Shown in pieces: positions 52,201 to 64,000 of a DNA stretch of 64,000 nt. The stretch is from Ascidiella aspersa (taxonomy: Eukaryota). The DNA lies in assembly GCA_963924565.1 (NCBI GenBank), contig OZ004613.1:8928001-8992000 (forward strand). Direction: 5' to 3'. The first letter of the stretch is position 1, and each line of letters begins with the position of its first letter. Made by a program: the position numbers and the translations under genes. A model generated the notes under the pieces. It ran no database searches and had not been told where the DNA came from. It was given only the letters and a program-made list of their open reading frames with translations.

Positions 52201-55200
52201 TTTGTACCGCGGGCCGCATGAGAAACATAAAATCTTGTGGCGGGCCGGGAAATAAGATCTCAAATACACGCAGTATGACGTCATACTGTTACGATGGAAA
52301 ACAAGTAAGATGAAGAACCTGTTATTACGGTTTGAGTTGTGACAAAGTGTGCATCGGAAGTCGAATTCGATAGGCTTCGCGGAAAAAAAGTGGCTATTTG
52401 GTTTAAAACGCAAACTTTACTTCAGATTTAGAGAGGAACGTGGCGCATTAAAGCACAGTTAAAATTTATGTACATCATTTGATATACTAACATTTATTAA
52501 GTCGTGTGGAAGGGGGACGTTGACTCAAACGCGGTGAGTTTAAACTCCAAAGCGAAGACTGCAAGTAATCTCTTACTTAACAACGTGTTCACCGAAAAGC
52601 CATCGCAGACTCGCCGAATCTGTCGATCTATGATGCAAGCAGAGCAAGCCAGAAAAACAACTGGCCTGCAGTGAGGTTCGAACTCACGACCTCCGGTCAA
52701 GCCGGGACCGTCGCTCTACCAACTGAGCTATGCAGGGTCAGAGAGGAGCGAGTCGAGAAACAACCATGCTATGCACTCTTGATACGGAAGCCGTAATCGT
52801 TGGTCATAAAGCAACTTCCGAGGGGCTAGATCACATATGTTATTAAACACATATGTTTGTGTGTGTCTTTCATTAACAACGTGTAGTGTCGAACGTCAGT
52901 ATAAACGTTTTTGTTTCATCCGGGGTTTGCTTACAGACATATTTGCAACCGCATGCAGGAAATTATAAAGTGCCGGTGGCTGCAACCGAGTTGGTCTGAT
53001 GCTGAGATACATCCCTTAACAATCTCAGCCGATGCCTACTTTTCTTATTACTCAAACGGAATATAGCGCTGTTAACAACTGGTGTTTTAATGTTCACAAT
53101 CTTTCACGCCACCGTGCTTTATGGGGTCACATTAAAAAAAAATAATTATTACTTTTACGGTTGAGTTCAGCTTTTCAGTATTACAATACAGTTTTTTAAA
53201 CAGTTAACAATATAGTTTTTGAAACAGTTTACAATATAGTTTTTTAAACAGTTTACAATACAGTTTTTCAAACAGTTTACAATACAGTTTTTCAAACAGT
53301 TTACAATGCAGTTTTTCAAACAGTTACAATATAGTTTTTAAAATAGTGCCACATCATTTTCAGTTCTCCAAAGCTGAATTTTAAACTTTATTTTTTACAC
53401 CCAACCTGAAGTGATACCAAGTTTGTCGGATTTTTGTGTTGCTTAATTTCCCCCCCGAGGACCCATGCAGATGCTATACGCATAAAGCTCGATTCTCTCA
53501 ATAAACTTTTTTAGGCGAACACAACATGAGTCATAGGGATAAATAAGAAATTAGGGTGACATGCAGACTTGGACAACTAGATTTATTTTAGCTTTTTAAA
53601 ATTAGATTAGAACTAAAATTAGAGCATTTTAATTTTTCTAAATTAGATTAGAATTAAAATTAGATTGTTTTAAGTTTTTTTTTTTAAATTAGATTCGAAT
53701 TGGAATTACCGAATTCCTAAAAAAACAAATTTCAACTAGAATTTGAACTAGAATCACATACAACCAATTTAATTTAATCGCAAAGTATTTTTGTAAGAAT
53801 GTGAATGGTAAATATCTGTGTGCTAATTTGTATGCCTTTTTATGCTTTTTAGCTTGTGAAAATTACATACAACTCGTTCCAACCAAAGAGTTTGAATTGA
53901 AATTCTGTGTTTCAACTGAGTGACTAAAAATGCCGTTGGACAAAGTAGCAGTTTTGGAAATATCCGAATTAGATTAGAACTAGAATTAGAGCCGACAAGC
54001 AATTCACAAATTAGATTAAAATTAGAATTAGCCGCATTTTGCTCTAAATGAATTAGAAAACTAGAATTATCTAGTTGTCCAAGTCTGGTGACATGAGCCA
54101 TGTCTTTGTAATACTTTCGGGCTTGAGAAACACCGATCTAAGTCAAACAAAACATTGCTATCTTCACAGAAACGTGACGTTCATGTTCTCGGCACTGTGT
54201 TCGACAGTAGCCCGGCAAAAAACTCTTACATGATGGGCTACTCAGCATTGATCGACCTACCTATGTTCCGTAACCCGGTACTCAAGGGATTGGGGGTGAC
54301 GTTGTATACCCTGCTCTACGCCAAAGCCACGTTCCAACACTACAGTGGCCTTCAAGAACTCAACAAGGGCTTTAGGGTAAATATTGATTTTTAAATACGC
54401 TTATCTACGTATATATTGTAGATGGGCAAACATCAGGCTATGCCCCCAAAAAACTTTATTTTTGCCAATTACACAATGTAACTTTTTGTCTTCAAATTAT
54501 TTGCCAAAGACGCCAAGCATATCGTGGCACGGTACGCCGTGTGAACTCATAAACTCCATAAAATAATTTTGTTCAATTAAACTATAAAAACTGGCAATTT
54601 CGAGCAATATGCATCTCTTTAATGTACTTCCACCATTTTAAAGTGAAAATTTTAATTTGCGAGTTTTTTCAAATGAAATATTTTTTTAAGCTTATTTTGT
54701 TTATGGTGGGTACAAACACTGTTTTTTTAAAGGTGTCAAATTTCTCCAGCGGTTTCTCAAATTTTGGACTTGCAACTTTTTGGTATTTAAATGAAACACT
54801 TGCAGTCTCTTAAAACTACTTAGCGGTCACCCAAACCAAACCTTAAAAAAACCCTGGGTACAAAGATTAAAAATACCTGGTCATTTTTGTCTGGTTTCAT
54901 ATTGCTAGACAATCGAAACCTAATAATAATAATAAACGAATCCAATTTAGTACTAATGAGCAGGCAGCCTTCAGTATTTAAGGCAGTCCTTTTTACCTTT
55001 TTTCCTACACCCCTTTTAAATCACCAACCTATTCGCGCACCCCCTTCTAGAATCGCTTAAATAGCAAAATCATTGTAAATTTATTTTTGTACAATTAACT
55101 GATAACACAGTAACGCAATATCAAAATGTGAGTTAGTTTTACATTTAAGAAATAAAATACAGTAACACATTTTTTGTGCATTGTTTAGCATCCCTGACCC

Positions 55201-55654
55201 CCTTGGAACAGTTTTCGCGCCCCTAGTAATCTGAAAGGGGCGGGACACGAACCAAATAAGGATAAGAAGTGCTGCTGAACTCACCTAGTTGTTAAAAGCT
55301 AAATTCATCTAGTTGTTCAAGAAACGTAGTGGGCCAAAAATTATACTCTTCATTATTTAGGTCATTTCGGAATCGCCGGACCAGCGCTGGCCACATCTCT
55401 TTTTGCACTCTGCCGTAGACAAGGTAGCGCCACCTTGCGGCGTGGCCGAAATGGCCGAGAAACGTCGAAGCTCGGGGGCGCCCATGGTGCGTGTTCACGA
55501 CTTCGGGGATTCACCACACGTGCAGCACTTCCGTCATTACCCCGAAGAATACACGAAATACGTTGAGAATTTTTTTGCCGAATGCGTGGATTACAGCAAA
55601 TCTAGAAATGTACCCACTAGTGGCGAAAATCCAGCTGTCGTTGCGGCTTACTGA
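49227..55654 (+). CDS. TMEM53: Transmembrane protein 53 (DUF829, alpha/beta-hydrolase fold), 6 coding exons, about 336 aa
   Basis: Exons 49227-49355, 50402-50486 (internal ATGs at 50426 and 50444), 50974-51123 (LMLGWAGS...LDKYAAIY), 51988-52133 (IHVFSNGG), 54170-54376 (GTVFDSSP) and 55361-55654 (RWPHLFLHSAVD...DFGDSPHVQHFRHYPEEY). All are GT-AG with compatible phases and carry the TMEM53 family motifs. The first exon is less certain. Confidence 0.9.
52663..52737 (-). pseudogene. tRNA-like sequence (pseudogene or tRNA-derived repeat head) in a TMEM53 intron
   Basis: CCCTGCA TA GCTC AGTTGGTA GAGC GA CGGTC CCGGCTT GACCG GAGGTC GTGAG TTCGAAC CTCAC TGCAGGC C. A and B boxes and the cloverleaf are intact and a TTTTT follows, but there is a 1:72 mismatch, C33 instead of U33, and a GGC anticodon. 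Confidence 0.7.
53180..53345. repeat. 24-bp minisatellite (GTTTTTCAAACAGTTTACAATACA), about 7 copies
   Basis: Directly visible. Confidence 0.9.
53564..54087. mobile_element. hAT MITE family A, 524 bp, opposite orientation to 6106-6639
   Basis: Same 19-bp TIRs; perfect 8-bp TSD GTGACATG. Confidence 0.92.
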
Positions 55655-58242
55655 AATTAGGGATGATATCGAATATCGGAGCCGATAACCGACACTGTTA
55701 ATTGACAAGCTAGATTCAAAACAAGTTAGGAAGACCGGAATGCATAAAATGGGTGACATATATTTTTTGCTTTATCAGTCTGATTTGTTTGTTAAGTCTT
55801 TCCATACTCCGTGGCCCATACAAAACAAAAAATGTGTTTATTAGACATCGTATAGATTAGTATTAAATGTTCTGTTTAATCTGACTGATTGATTGTTTTT
55901 GAAAGAGTCACTTTTCTACTCTTCCAAATATATTGAGAATATCGAATATCGGAGCCGATAACCGACATTAAGTAAATATATTCGGCTCTAGTTTGACACT
56001 CCAGGTGTATCGTCGTTGAACCGATACAAAATTAATATGTATACTTCAGTTTTTTTTTGCTATTCAACGTATAGGTTTCCATACCGAAAGGAAAATTTCT
56101 CACGAAACATTGTATTAAAAAACAAATGTTCACAAGCCTTCGACTGCAAAAGCAAATTTTTCTATATAATTACCTGCAATATATTACGTCTTCTTGACTT
56201 TTCCGTATTTTTACTAATGGCATAGTTTGGTATTGGTATTGTTTTGCCCAACGTATCGTATAACGCATATCGAAAAAAATATATTCGAAAACCACGTGAT
56301 CCTGTTAACTGATCTGGCATGGGCCTTGCAATGTTTTATTGTTTTTTTTGTGGCATAAACACAAAGTGTTCGACTTATTACTCGTCCGCTGTTAACTGAA
56401 TTTATTGAAATTTGAAATACACAAAAACGTGTTTTAGCGTTACTGCGAAGTGGCGATATTAGTGTTTCTTAGCTTTGGCTATCCCGGTTGTGCAAATCAT
56501 TTTTGTTATGAAATTATAATCGGTGTATAAATAATGCCGACTGATTTATAGCTTTTGAATTATGACAAATAAGGCGATTATTTAAGTTTGTATTTTTTAC
56601 TTTATACATTGTGACATTCTATTAAAACCTATTTTGAACAACATACAAATCGTAAAAGGTGTAGTCGCAAAACGTTTTTTAGAACGAAAACATTAAAATA
56701 TCAGGCTGTTTTGTGATTGGTTTTATATTGCAAGAGACAAATACCTGCTATATTTTGAAAGAATTTACAAAACTTGTGAAGATATTTTAGTGTATTAAAC
56801 TGTATATATATTTTAGCAGCCTGTTCCATAAAGAAATGGTAAATTACGCACGATACCCAGGTAAGAAATGAGAAAGTTTTGTTTATATACATACGATCTA
56901 CAATTAAAAAGTTTTAAGCGAACAAAAATGGCAAACTTTTTGAGATTTCTGCAACACGAACAGCACTATACAATAAAAAAAAAACGATGTTGTCAATATT
57001 GCGAAATGTCATGACAGTCCAAAGTTCCAAACTATGGAGGTCGGTCAATTGGAGCTTCTTGTCAAATCTTGAAAATACAACCAAAATACTCACCTAACTT
57101 TAATGGCAAAAGCCAAAGTTGTGAGTTCAAACGTCATCGCATGCAAAGTCAAATCTGCTATAAACTCTAACAAGCCTAAGTTTTTCCCTAAATAAATTAA
57201 AGATGCAATAATTGGTCATGCTGGTACATTGAATTTCTCTTTTTGTGGCAAATTTTCTCAATTTTTTCTCTTTTTGTAAATTTTTTTTGGCAGCTTTTTT
57301 CTCTTTTTGTAAATTTTTATTGGCAATTTTTCTCTTTTTGTGATTTTTTTTGGAAATGTTTTTTTTTTCTTTTTTTAAAGTTTGATCTCTTCTAAACATA
57401 ACACTCATGACATTTTTTAAAACAAAAGGCCTACAAAAGCCAAATTGAATTTGGATTTTTGTTTTTTTAAATGAAATCCAAAAAGGTTGAAAAAAGCCTA
57501 AATTTTCAAATTTGGCTTTAAAAAATCCTAACTGGCAACCCTGCTTGTCCCAGCTGTCGGAAGTTATTCAAAGTCGTCTTTAGTCCAGCTAGTTTTATTG
57601 GAAATGCAGACCATGTGAGACTCTTTAAGAGTTTAAAACAAAACACCTAGTTCTTTACGGTTTTTGGTATCAGACCTGTCATGTTGTTGGCAAAAACCAG
57701 GTCGGGCCAGCTGGTGGCTTAAAAACAGTGACTCCCAATGTGTGGCGCACTAGTGGTGAACGAGGGCTTTCAAAGTAGCACGCGAAGAGATTTTTGATCT
57801 TCTGTGAGTTCAAAAAGCTCTTTTCCCGAGCAATATCACCTTAGTGAGGTGACTTTGTTTAAAATTCAAGAAGTTGTATAATGGCGGATTAATTATTATT
57901 ACAGGCTCGATCTTATGGAGTTAGAATTAGGAGCGTGTGGGAAGACTTAAGCAACCACCTGTCCACGTCTCCCAGGAGCCTGACTTGCCCTAGCAACACC
58001 AATCTCTAAAAAAGTTGGTAATACAATAGCTCTTCTGGTAATTTTAATTGTTAACCAACTTATTGCGCGATCTTTTCAAGTCGCTTTTTTCATGGTGTAT
58101 GACATCGAACTGGTAGTAAGAAATTTACCAGAAGAGCTATTTCTTGACTAATACTATACCAGGTAGCAACAGGTTATATAAAGACGGATGTTTAAAACTT
58201 TACAGACTCTCTGTAAAACACATCACAACAAACTTTTTTTTT

Positions 58243-58343
58243 TGAGTTTGCAAATAGCACTGTGTAACTGCATAACAGTGATTAAAACATTAAAACACAA
58301 TGTCAACACTTCATGTATAAACAATGTGCTATTTGCAAACTCA
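58243..58343. repeat. 101-bp foldback element with 18-bp perfect arms (TGAGTTTGCAAATAGCAC / GTGCTATTTGCAAACTCA)
   Basis: Directly visible inverted repeat; probable mini-MITE. Confidence 0.7.
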
Positions 58344-58771
58344 GTTTACATGCAATAAACGGTCTCTGTGTGAACTACTTACAGGCAGTCTAAGCGTCAG
58401 AATGCAGTGAATTGGACTGCAAACGCAAAAACAAAATTCGGTCTCGTCTTTTTGCGCGAAATATCAATCAGGCCCCAGGGCCACACTGCAATCACTTACC
58501 TCGTCACGACTCATCCCTGCCAAAACCAGCACAAATTTATTTTCTTCAAAAAAGATAACCTAGAACTCACAATCGATTGAATGCAAATCAATGATCTGGT
58601 AACAACAGCACACAAATGATTAAATGTCTCAGTCTAAAAAACATATATTTTCATTAGGTTGGCTAAAAGCTAAGAGCAGCCTAAATATGCCCACAGAAAG
58701 ATGAACTGATTTGTGGTTTACGCTTGGCGCTCTTCTGTACTTCAAATCGTCGTCCAATAAAGGGCTTGCAT

Positions 58772-58788
58772 ATGCGCGCGCGGCGTGC

Positions 58789-58819
<31 letters not shown>

Positions 58820-58822
58820 CGT
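58772..58822. repeat. (GC)n-(GT)n-(GC)n alternating purine-pyrimidine microsatellite
   Basis: Directly visible; lies about 400 bp downstream of the stop codon of the NLR-like gene. Confidence 0.9.
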
Positions 58823-59224
58823 TCACGCGTGGTTGTCGTGTTCTTTTACTAGCGGTGCGCTTGTGTGAAATGTAACGAAGAAAATGGGATGCCACTCGAG
58901 TATGGGACGAGTACCGTTACAAACAATTGGCATAGGACATAGGCTCCAATTCGATTTAATTTTTTGTACATATTTTTACATGTGAAGATACATCGGCATT
59001 TTTTACATGAGTAATTTTGAGAGTCCAAAGTTAGGGAAAATTATCCAGCACTTAACAAAATACAGGTGGCCAAGCGAGAAAGAAATTACATAATATATTA
59101 TATGTGATTTTTTTGAAGTAAGTAAATTAGAAACAGCCTAATTTACTAAAAAGACGAAAAACATTACGCTTCATAGTTAAAGTTCATGATGTGTATCATT
59201 TTTGATTTAAGACTTGCTAAACTA

Positions 59225-62200
59225 CTAACGTTCCGGCAGCTGGCGTAAACAAACTTTAATTTTCTCGACGAGGTCAGCATCAGTTTCTTCTTCTTTTTCA
59301 AGAACTTCTTTGCAACGACTCTTTGCCGCCCCAAAGTGTTCATCCAGATTCCCACTCACCACCGCTCTGGTGTAGTTGTAGCAAGCCCAGGCGTACAAGT
59401 TGGTCGACTGGGCAATTCCAGCCTCCAGGGCTTCAACGAAACATTTCGCGGCGTCTTGGTACTTGCCCTTGCAGGCCAGATACTTGCCACAATACACAAG
59501 GCACTTGGGCGCCATAATCCAAGCAATATTGTCGCTGGCAAGTCGATAGAGTTGGTCGTGCACTTTGTCCCCCTGAGCGACGGACTCCGGGTCTGGCCGC
59601 CCCTCCAAAGCCATAAGCTTAGTGTTCACGCGGATCAGAAAGCGGCGGAGGATCATTCGGTCATAGACGGCGCCCTCTGTCTCCTTGACATGGCCGTGTT
59701 CGTAGAAATCGACCTTCTCGTCTTCGCCTGACTCCATCAGTCGCTGCAGCAAGGATTTGGCCTCGGTTAGAGTCGCCTTCTTTTCCTCGCTCGGGCGACC
59801 GTTGAGCGCCTTCAGCATGATCGGTACCAAGCTGATGGTGGTCAAACGCTCAAACAGGATTCTCAGCTCGGTGTTCTTGCCTGACTCCAGGGCGACGGCG
59901 TGCGCCAACTTAGAGTACCACTCGTACTTGCGGCGCATTGCGGCGGTCACAGGTACGTTGTAGTAGAGCAGCACGCGCCCGAACGTGTGTAGGATGGACG
60001 AGAGGCGCTCAGCGAAGAACATGCTACAGTGAGACTTGCGATCCAGGAAAGCGCCCTGACACCCCCTGAATCCGCACATAAGCGACGAAGTAAGGCCCAC
60101 GCGGGTTTCGCTCGCCTCTTTGGCACTCGAGAAAAGGGCGTGGTCGCTGTTGGCGGCCCGCGATTGGAGGAAATCGATTTCGGTCGACTTCATTTGCAGC
60201 ACCAGCGCCATGTAGTTGTCTATCGTTCCTTCGGGAAGCTCGCGAAATAAGGTTTCGCCCGCTTTGGTGCAATTACTGACGATGTCCCGTGCTGTTTCGT
60301 CCGGGTTATCGCTTGGAGTGAAGACTTTTGCGGCTTCGATGCCCTTATCTTTCACCAGAGAGTTGACCATGTCCAAAATGAGCGTCGCCGCCGAGGTAAG
60401 GCACTCTTCCGCGAAAGATTTCGATGAAAAGACGCCGAGGCTCTTCACGATTCCTAACACCTCGAGCAGATGGCACGTGCACATTTGTATGACAAACTGC
60501 TCGGAAGACAGGGTTCCGTGGGTGCCAGAAAGATCGAAGCTCTTTTTCAGGTGCGGCAGCAACGTTTCAATCTGGCTGGAGATCTTATTCATGAAAATGT
60601 TGTCTTGTGATTTCCTAAGGTCCTTGTGTACGATGCCGCTGAGGGAATAAAGCGCCGTTTTCAGCTGTTCTGTGTAATGGTCACTTTGCTCTTTGTCGTT
60701 GAGTTTGAGCATAACGCGGACAGCGCGGAACACAACCTCGTGGAAAGTGACTGTGGTGCGCAAGTATCCCGATCCGTCGATCTTACATATTCCATAGTTT
60801 TCCAGGTGTGTGATGACGTTGCCCGACGACGCCTTGTTTAGCGTAGCCGTTCGCCTGACGTCATCCCTGAACTTGGTGCGCTGTTGTTGGGCGACCCTAG
60901 CAACCAACAGCTGGGGCAGCTGGCCGTGGTGAAAGAAGCTCAACACGTTTACAACGCGCCAGATCTGCTGGTAAATCTCGTCGTCTTCCGGCTTTGATTG
61001 CAGCAGAAGGACGATCGATCGGAAGAGATGCATGAAGTTGCCGCCGTATTCCTCTCTTAAGTGATGCGCCTCCATCTCCTGCACCTCAGCTTCGAGCCGA
61101 TTGTCGCGCAGAAACTCCAAGTATTCGGTGTAGGTGCTGCGCGAGTTGACGCAGTTTGCCTTTACTGCAACCAAGCCGAGAGGCGAGCGGCTGTTCAGCT
61201 CTATTATCTTCAGTCCAGCTTCCCGCTCCTCTCTTTCCGGTTCGTTGTCGCCTCCGAAGAGCATCTCAAGTCCTTCTTCGTCTGTGAATCCGTCCACTTG
61301 AAAGCTTTTGTAGCAACGAAGTCCCTGTTTGAGTTGGGCGCTCGGCATTGACACCGAGTTTTTCCTTGAGGTAAGATAAAGGTGAAACTTGCAAGAAGGC
61401 TCGCCAACATTGAGGCCGTTGACTTGAGTCAACAAGTCACTCAACATCTCTTGCCGTACCGACTTTTGCGGATCCTCTATAAGTATCAGGATTGGGATGG
61501 CGAGACCACTCAACATAGTCATTAACGGCTTGGTTTTTCCACGTTTCAGCTCGTTTTCGACGCTGCGGTAATCACAAAGTAGAATATTGTTTTCTTTTAG
61601 GGCAATCAACATGTTTACCAGCTCGGTTTCGATGTCGTGGTTGTTGTCGTCGCACTGCACGTGCCATTTGGCATAAAGACCGGCACTGCTACCAGCACTT
61701 GTGTAAGGGAATTCGGAGGCGACCGTTCTGATTATTTCCGATTTGCCAGTCCCGGGAAAACCGTGCACGTGTAGTATGCATACCGTTTCTTTCCTTGCCA
61801 CGTCCGCTATTTCTTTGTATTTAACAGTCGAAATAAAGTTTGGTCTGGCTGTCAACGTGTTGTCGACTGGACGCGGATCGAGTTTGGGCTTTTTGGCATC
61901 TGGTCCTTCCATGATTCCTAAGAGAAAAAAAGTTGAGTTGCAGACATTTGTATTCTAAATACATTCTTTTGGCGTATGGACAAATATGTTACGGTTTAAA
62001 CTTTAAAGACATAACACTAAATACGCAGTATATGTTTCGCTTTTACAATCGCATAGGAATATCAAGCTGCACTGTTGTGGTCTGGATATCTATAAATTGT
62101 GATATGAAGTTAAATCATAACTGCTAAAACGCAGTCTCTAACCGTCTCAATTTGTTTTTATAGTGAAACTATATTTTGGGTGTTTTTCTGTAATTTGAAC

Positions 62201-63507
62201 GTTCAAAATGAATGTCAAAGTCAAAAGGGTCGAGTATCGACATCATATTACCATAATCACTTGTATTATCATCAGTTGATGTTTAGATGTCTATATACTC
62301 AATCCTTTTAGCTTTCAAATTCATTTTTAAGCTACATTACAGATACATGAATAGTGTACCCAAGTTAAGATTGTAGTGCAAACTTAGATGGTTAAAATGC
62401 CAGCCTAAATTTCAACTTTAAATGCTGATAATTTTCAATTTAAATCAAATTTAATTCTAATCTTGGTATCACTAGTTTGTAAACTATTAAACTTTGGTTT
62501 ATAAAGGACGAAGTTTCTCGTGTCTATTAGCTAGTGATGTTACAGTCTACATCATACAACCAACAGCCGCTCGAAAATGAGGCGTAACTTGTAGTATACA
62601 GCCTTACCTTGTCTTCCAATAGTAGAATTTAATATGTTGCTGTTTTTAATGACGACATGTTGTTGACAGCTATCACCGTTCACGCGTTCTGCAAATAGCC
62701 ATGCACAGTATTATCGAAGTTTACAATCTCCATTTACAGTTGTCACATTATTTCAGCAATTGCGAGACCGGGTGTTACCAAGGAATACCAAAAACAGGTA
62801 CATAGCAACCAAACCGCAATCAAACACAGTTTCATTGTTGAACAAATTTTGAACTGCTGTCTACTCAACTCACTATTTATATTGCCGCATTTTGATTTTC
62901 TGCTTGGAATTTTGACCTTCTTTGTAGTCGAGCTGCTGGCTGTAAAATATCGTTTTCGTGAAGGTTAATGATTAACTATGATTTAGCCAGTGTTTGAGTT
63001 TGTCCTATGTTTAAAATAAATCAATGATTTCTATGAATTCGAACAATATCGCCATCTTTAAAGTTGTTTATTAACAATTTGCAAAAACGACTTTAGCTTA
63101 AAAAACAACAAAATTTAACAACATCCTAATAAATCCCAAGATTATGATATAAATACACATAAAGTAACTTTTATGTTGCCAGGTGCGTTTCCATGATTTT
63201 AGTTTAAAGGCGAGGTAATTTTCGAGGGACGGCATCAAATAGATATAACGTGACGTCATGAAACACTTAATTTTTAAAAGAACTGTTGTTCTCAAGTGAA
63301 ACGGGTCATTGTCTGGTGAGGCGGCAAACCAAGATCTTTGATTTTCTAAGCTATTTAAAAAAAAACTATTGGAAGCCACGAATGGAGGCCTTAAGCGTCT
63401 TATATTCTACTGACCCTGTCCGTATTACAATTACGCTATAATTGCTAATTTCTAACTAATAAGTTACCTTTGTTTCTCGAACTTCTTCTTAGTTGTTTTT
63501 TATCCAT
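59225..63507 (-). CDS. STAND P-loop NTPase (NB-ARC-like) with C-terminal helical/TPR-like region (NLR-like protein), about 959 aa
   Basis: Large exon 61917-59225: Walker A GFPGTGKS, Walker B ILILIED, sensor-1 LYLTSR, QVDGFTDEEGLEML, GLPL-like RSPLGL, C-terminal TPR-like KCLVYCGKYLACKGKYQDAAKCFVEALE. The acceptor TTCTCTTAG at 61918 is followed by GA ATC ATG. Three in-phase (phase 1) upstream exons, 63507-63468, 62939-62874 and 62688-62608, each have canonical GT-AG ends. Confidence 0.85.
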
Positions 63508-64000
63508 GTCAATTGTAGTGGCGTCACATGAGTTTTAGTTAAGTGACTCAAAATTAGTACGATTTTTTTTCATAAAGTGTCTGCAGTCACATGTTTTATA
63601 TCAGATTATTTGCATATCGAATAGGTGTACAGTCCAGACAATGTTGGCATTCAATGTTCGCTTGTGTGTTTGGTTAGCATAATACAACCCAAAATAGCTT
63701 TAAATGGTTCGAAAATTTTTTTTTTAGATATATCAAATTGTGTTGCCGGTTTTCGGATCAAAAAAGTTTTTAATTTTTATAAAACTTTAAATTCAAATGT
63801 AAAACCATCAACTACTTGTATATCAAGCTTTGTGCTGGGTTGAAAAAATTTATAATTTTGTACAAGAATGTACAGTGACAAGACTTCAGACGTTAATTTG
63901 TTGCTAAGACATTCCTAACCGAGGTGCTAACCCTTTGGTAAGCATTCCTTTCCGTATGCCCTTAATTACACCAAAATTAGGTTCTACAAAATAAATGTCG

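Noticed and set aside
55666-55970. 29-bp direct repeat ATATCGAATATCGGAGCCGATAACCGACA downstream of the TMEM53 stop
   Set aside because: Most simply explained as duplicated MITE sub-terminal sequence; no support for a regulatory role.
57127-57408. Lys-rich 93-aa ORF
   Set aside because: Translation of a T-rich degenerate repeat inside a probable MITE ending in GGCAACCCTG at about 57543.
59323-61958. Many shorter ORFs overlapping the NB-ARC exon, and 8623-8952 (-) opposite PDX2
   Set aside because: Shadow frames of GC-rich coding exons.

Overview
Eukaryotic, AT-rich animal genomic DNA with spliceosomal introns, probably a marine invertebrate (an ascidian/tunicate is plausible but not provable here). 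Most entries in the ORF track are spurious. Five intron-containing genes were reconstructed by hand from splice signals and reading-frame phase: (1) the 5' part of PDX1/SNZ (- strand, runs off the left edge) and (2) PDX2/SNO (+ strand), lying head-to-head about 2 kb apart and together encoding the de novo vitamin B6 (PLP) synthase; (3) a 10-exon, 481-aa class A peptide GPCR (- strand, somatostatin/opioid-like) with Lys at position 3.32, an acidic ECL2 of about 90 aa and a GC-AG intron; (4) TMEM53/DUF829 (+ strand) with an extra upstream exon that resembles a mitochondrial presequence; (5) a 959-aa STAND/NB-ARC-TPR (NLR-like) gene (- strand) whose three small N-terminal exons encode basic NLS-like stretches and a RHIM/amyloid-like motif. 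Introns and intergenic DNA hold hAT MITEs with 8-bp TSDs, a probable solo LTR, Penelope-like remnants with minimal hammerhead ribozymes (one inside a perfect 129-bp palindrome), a tRNA-like pseudogene/SINE head and several tandem repeats. Coordinates were counted manually and may be off by a few bases.
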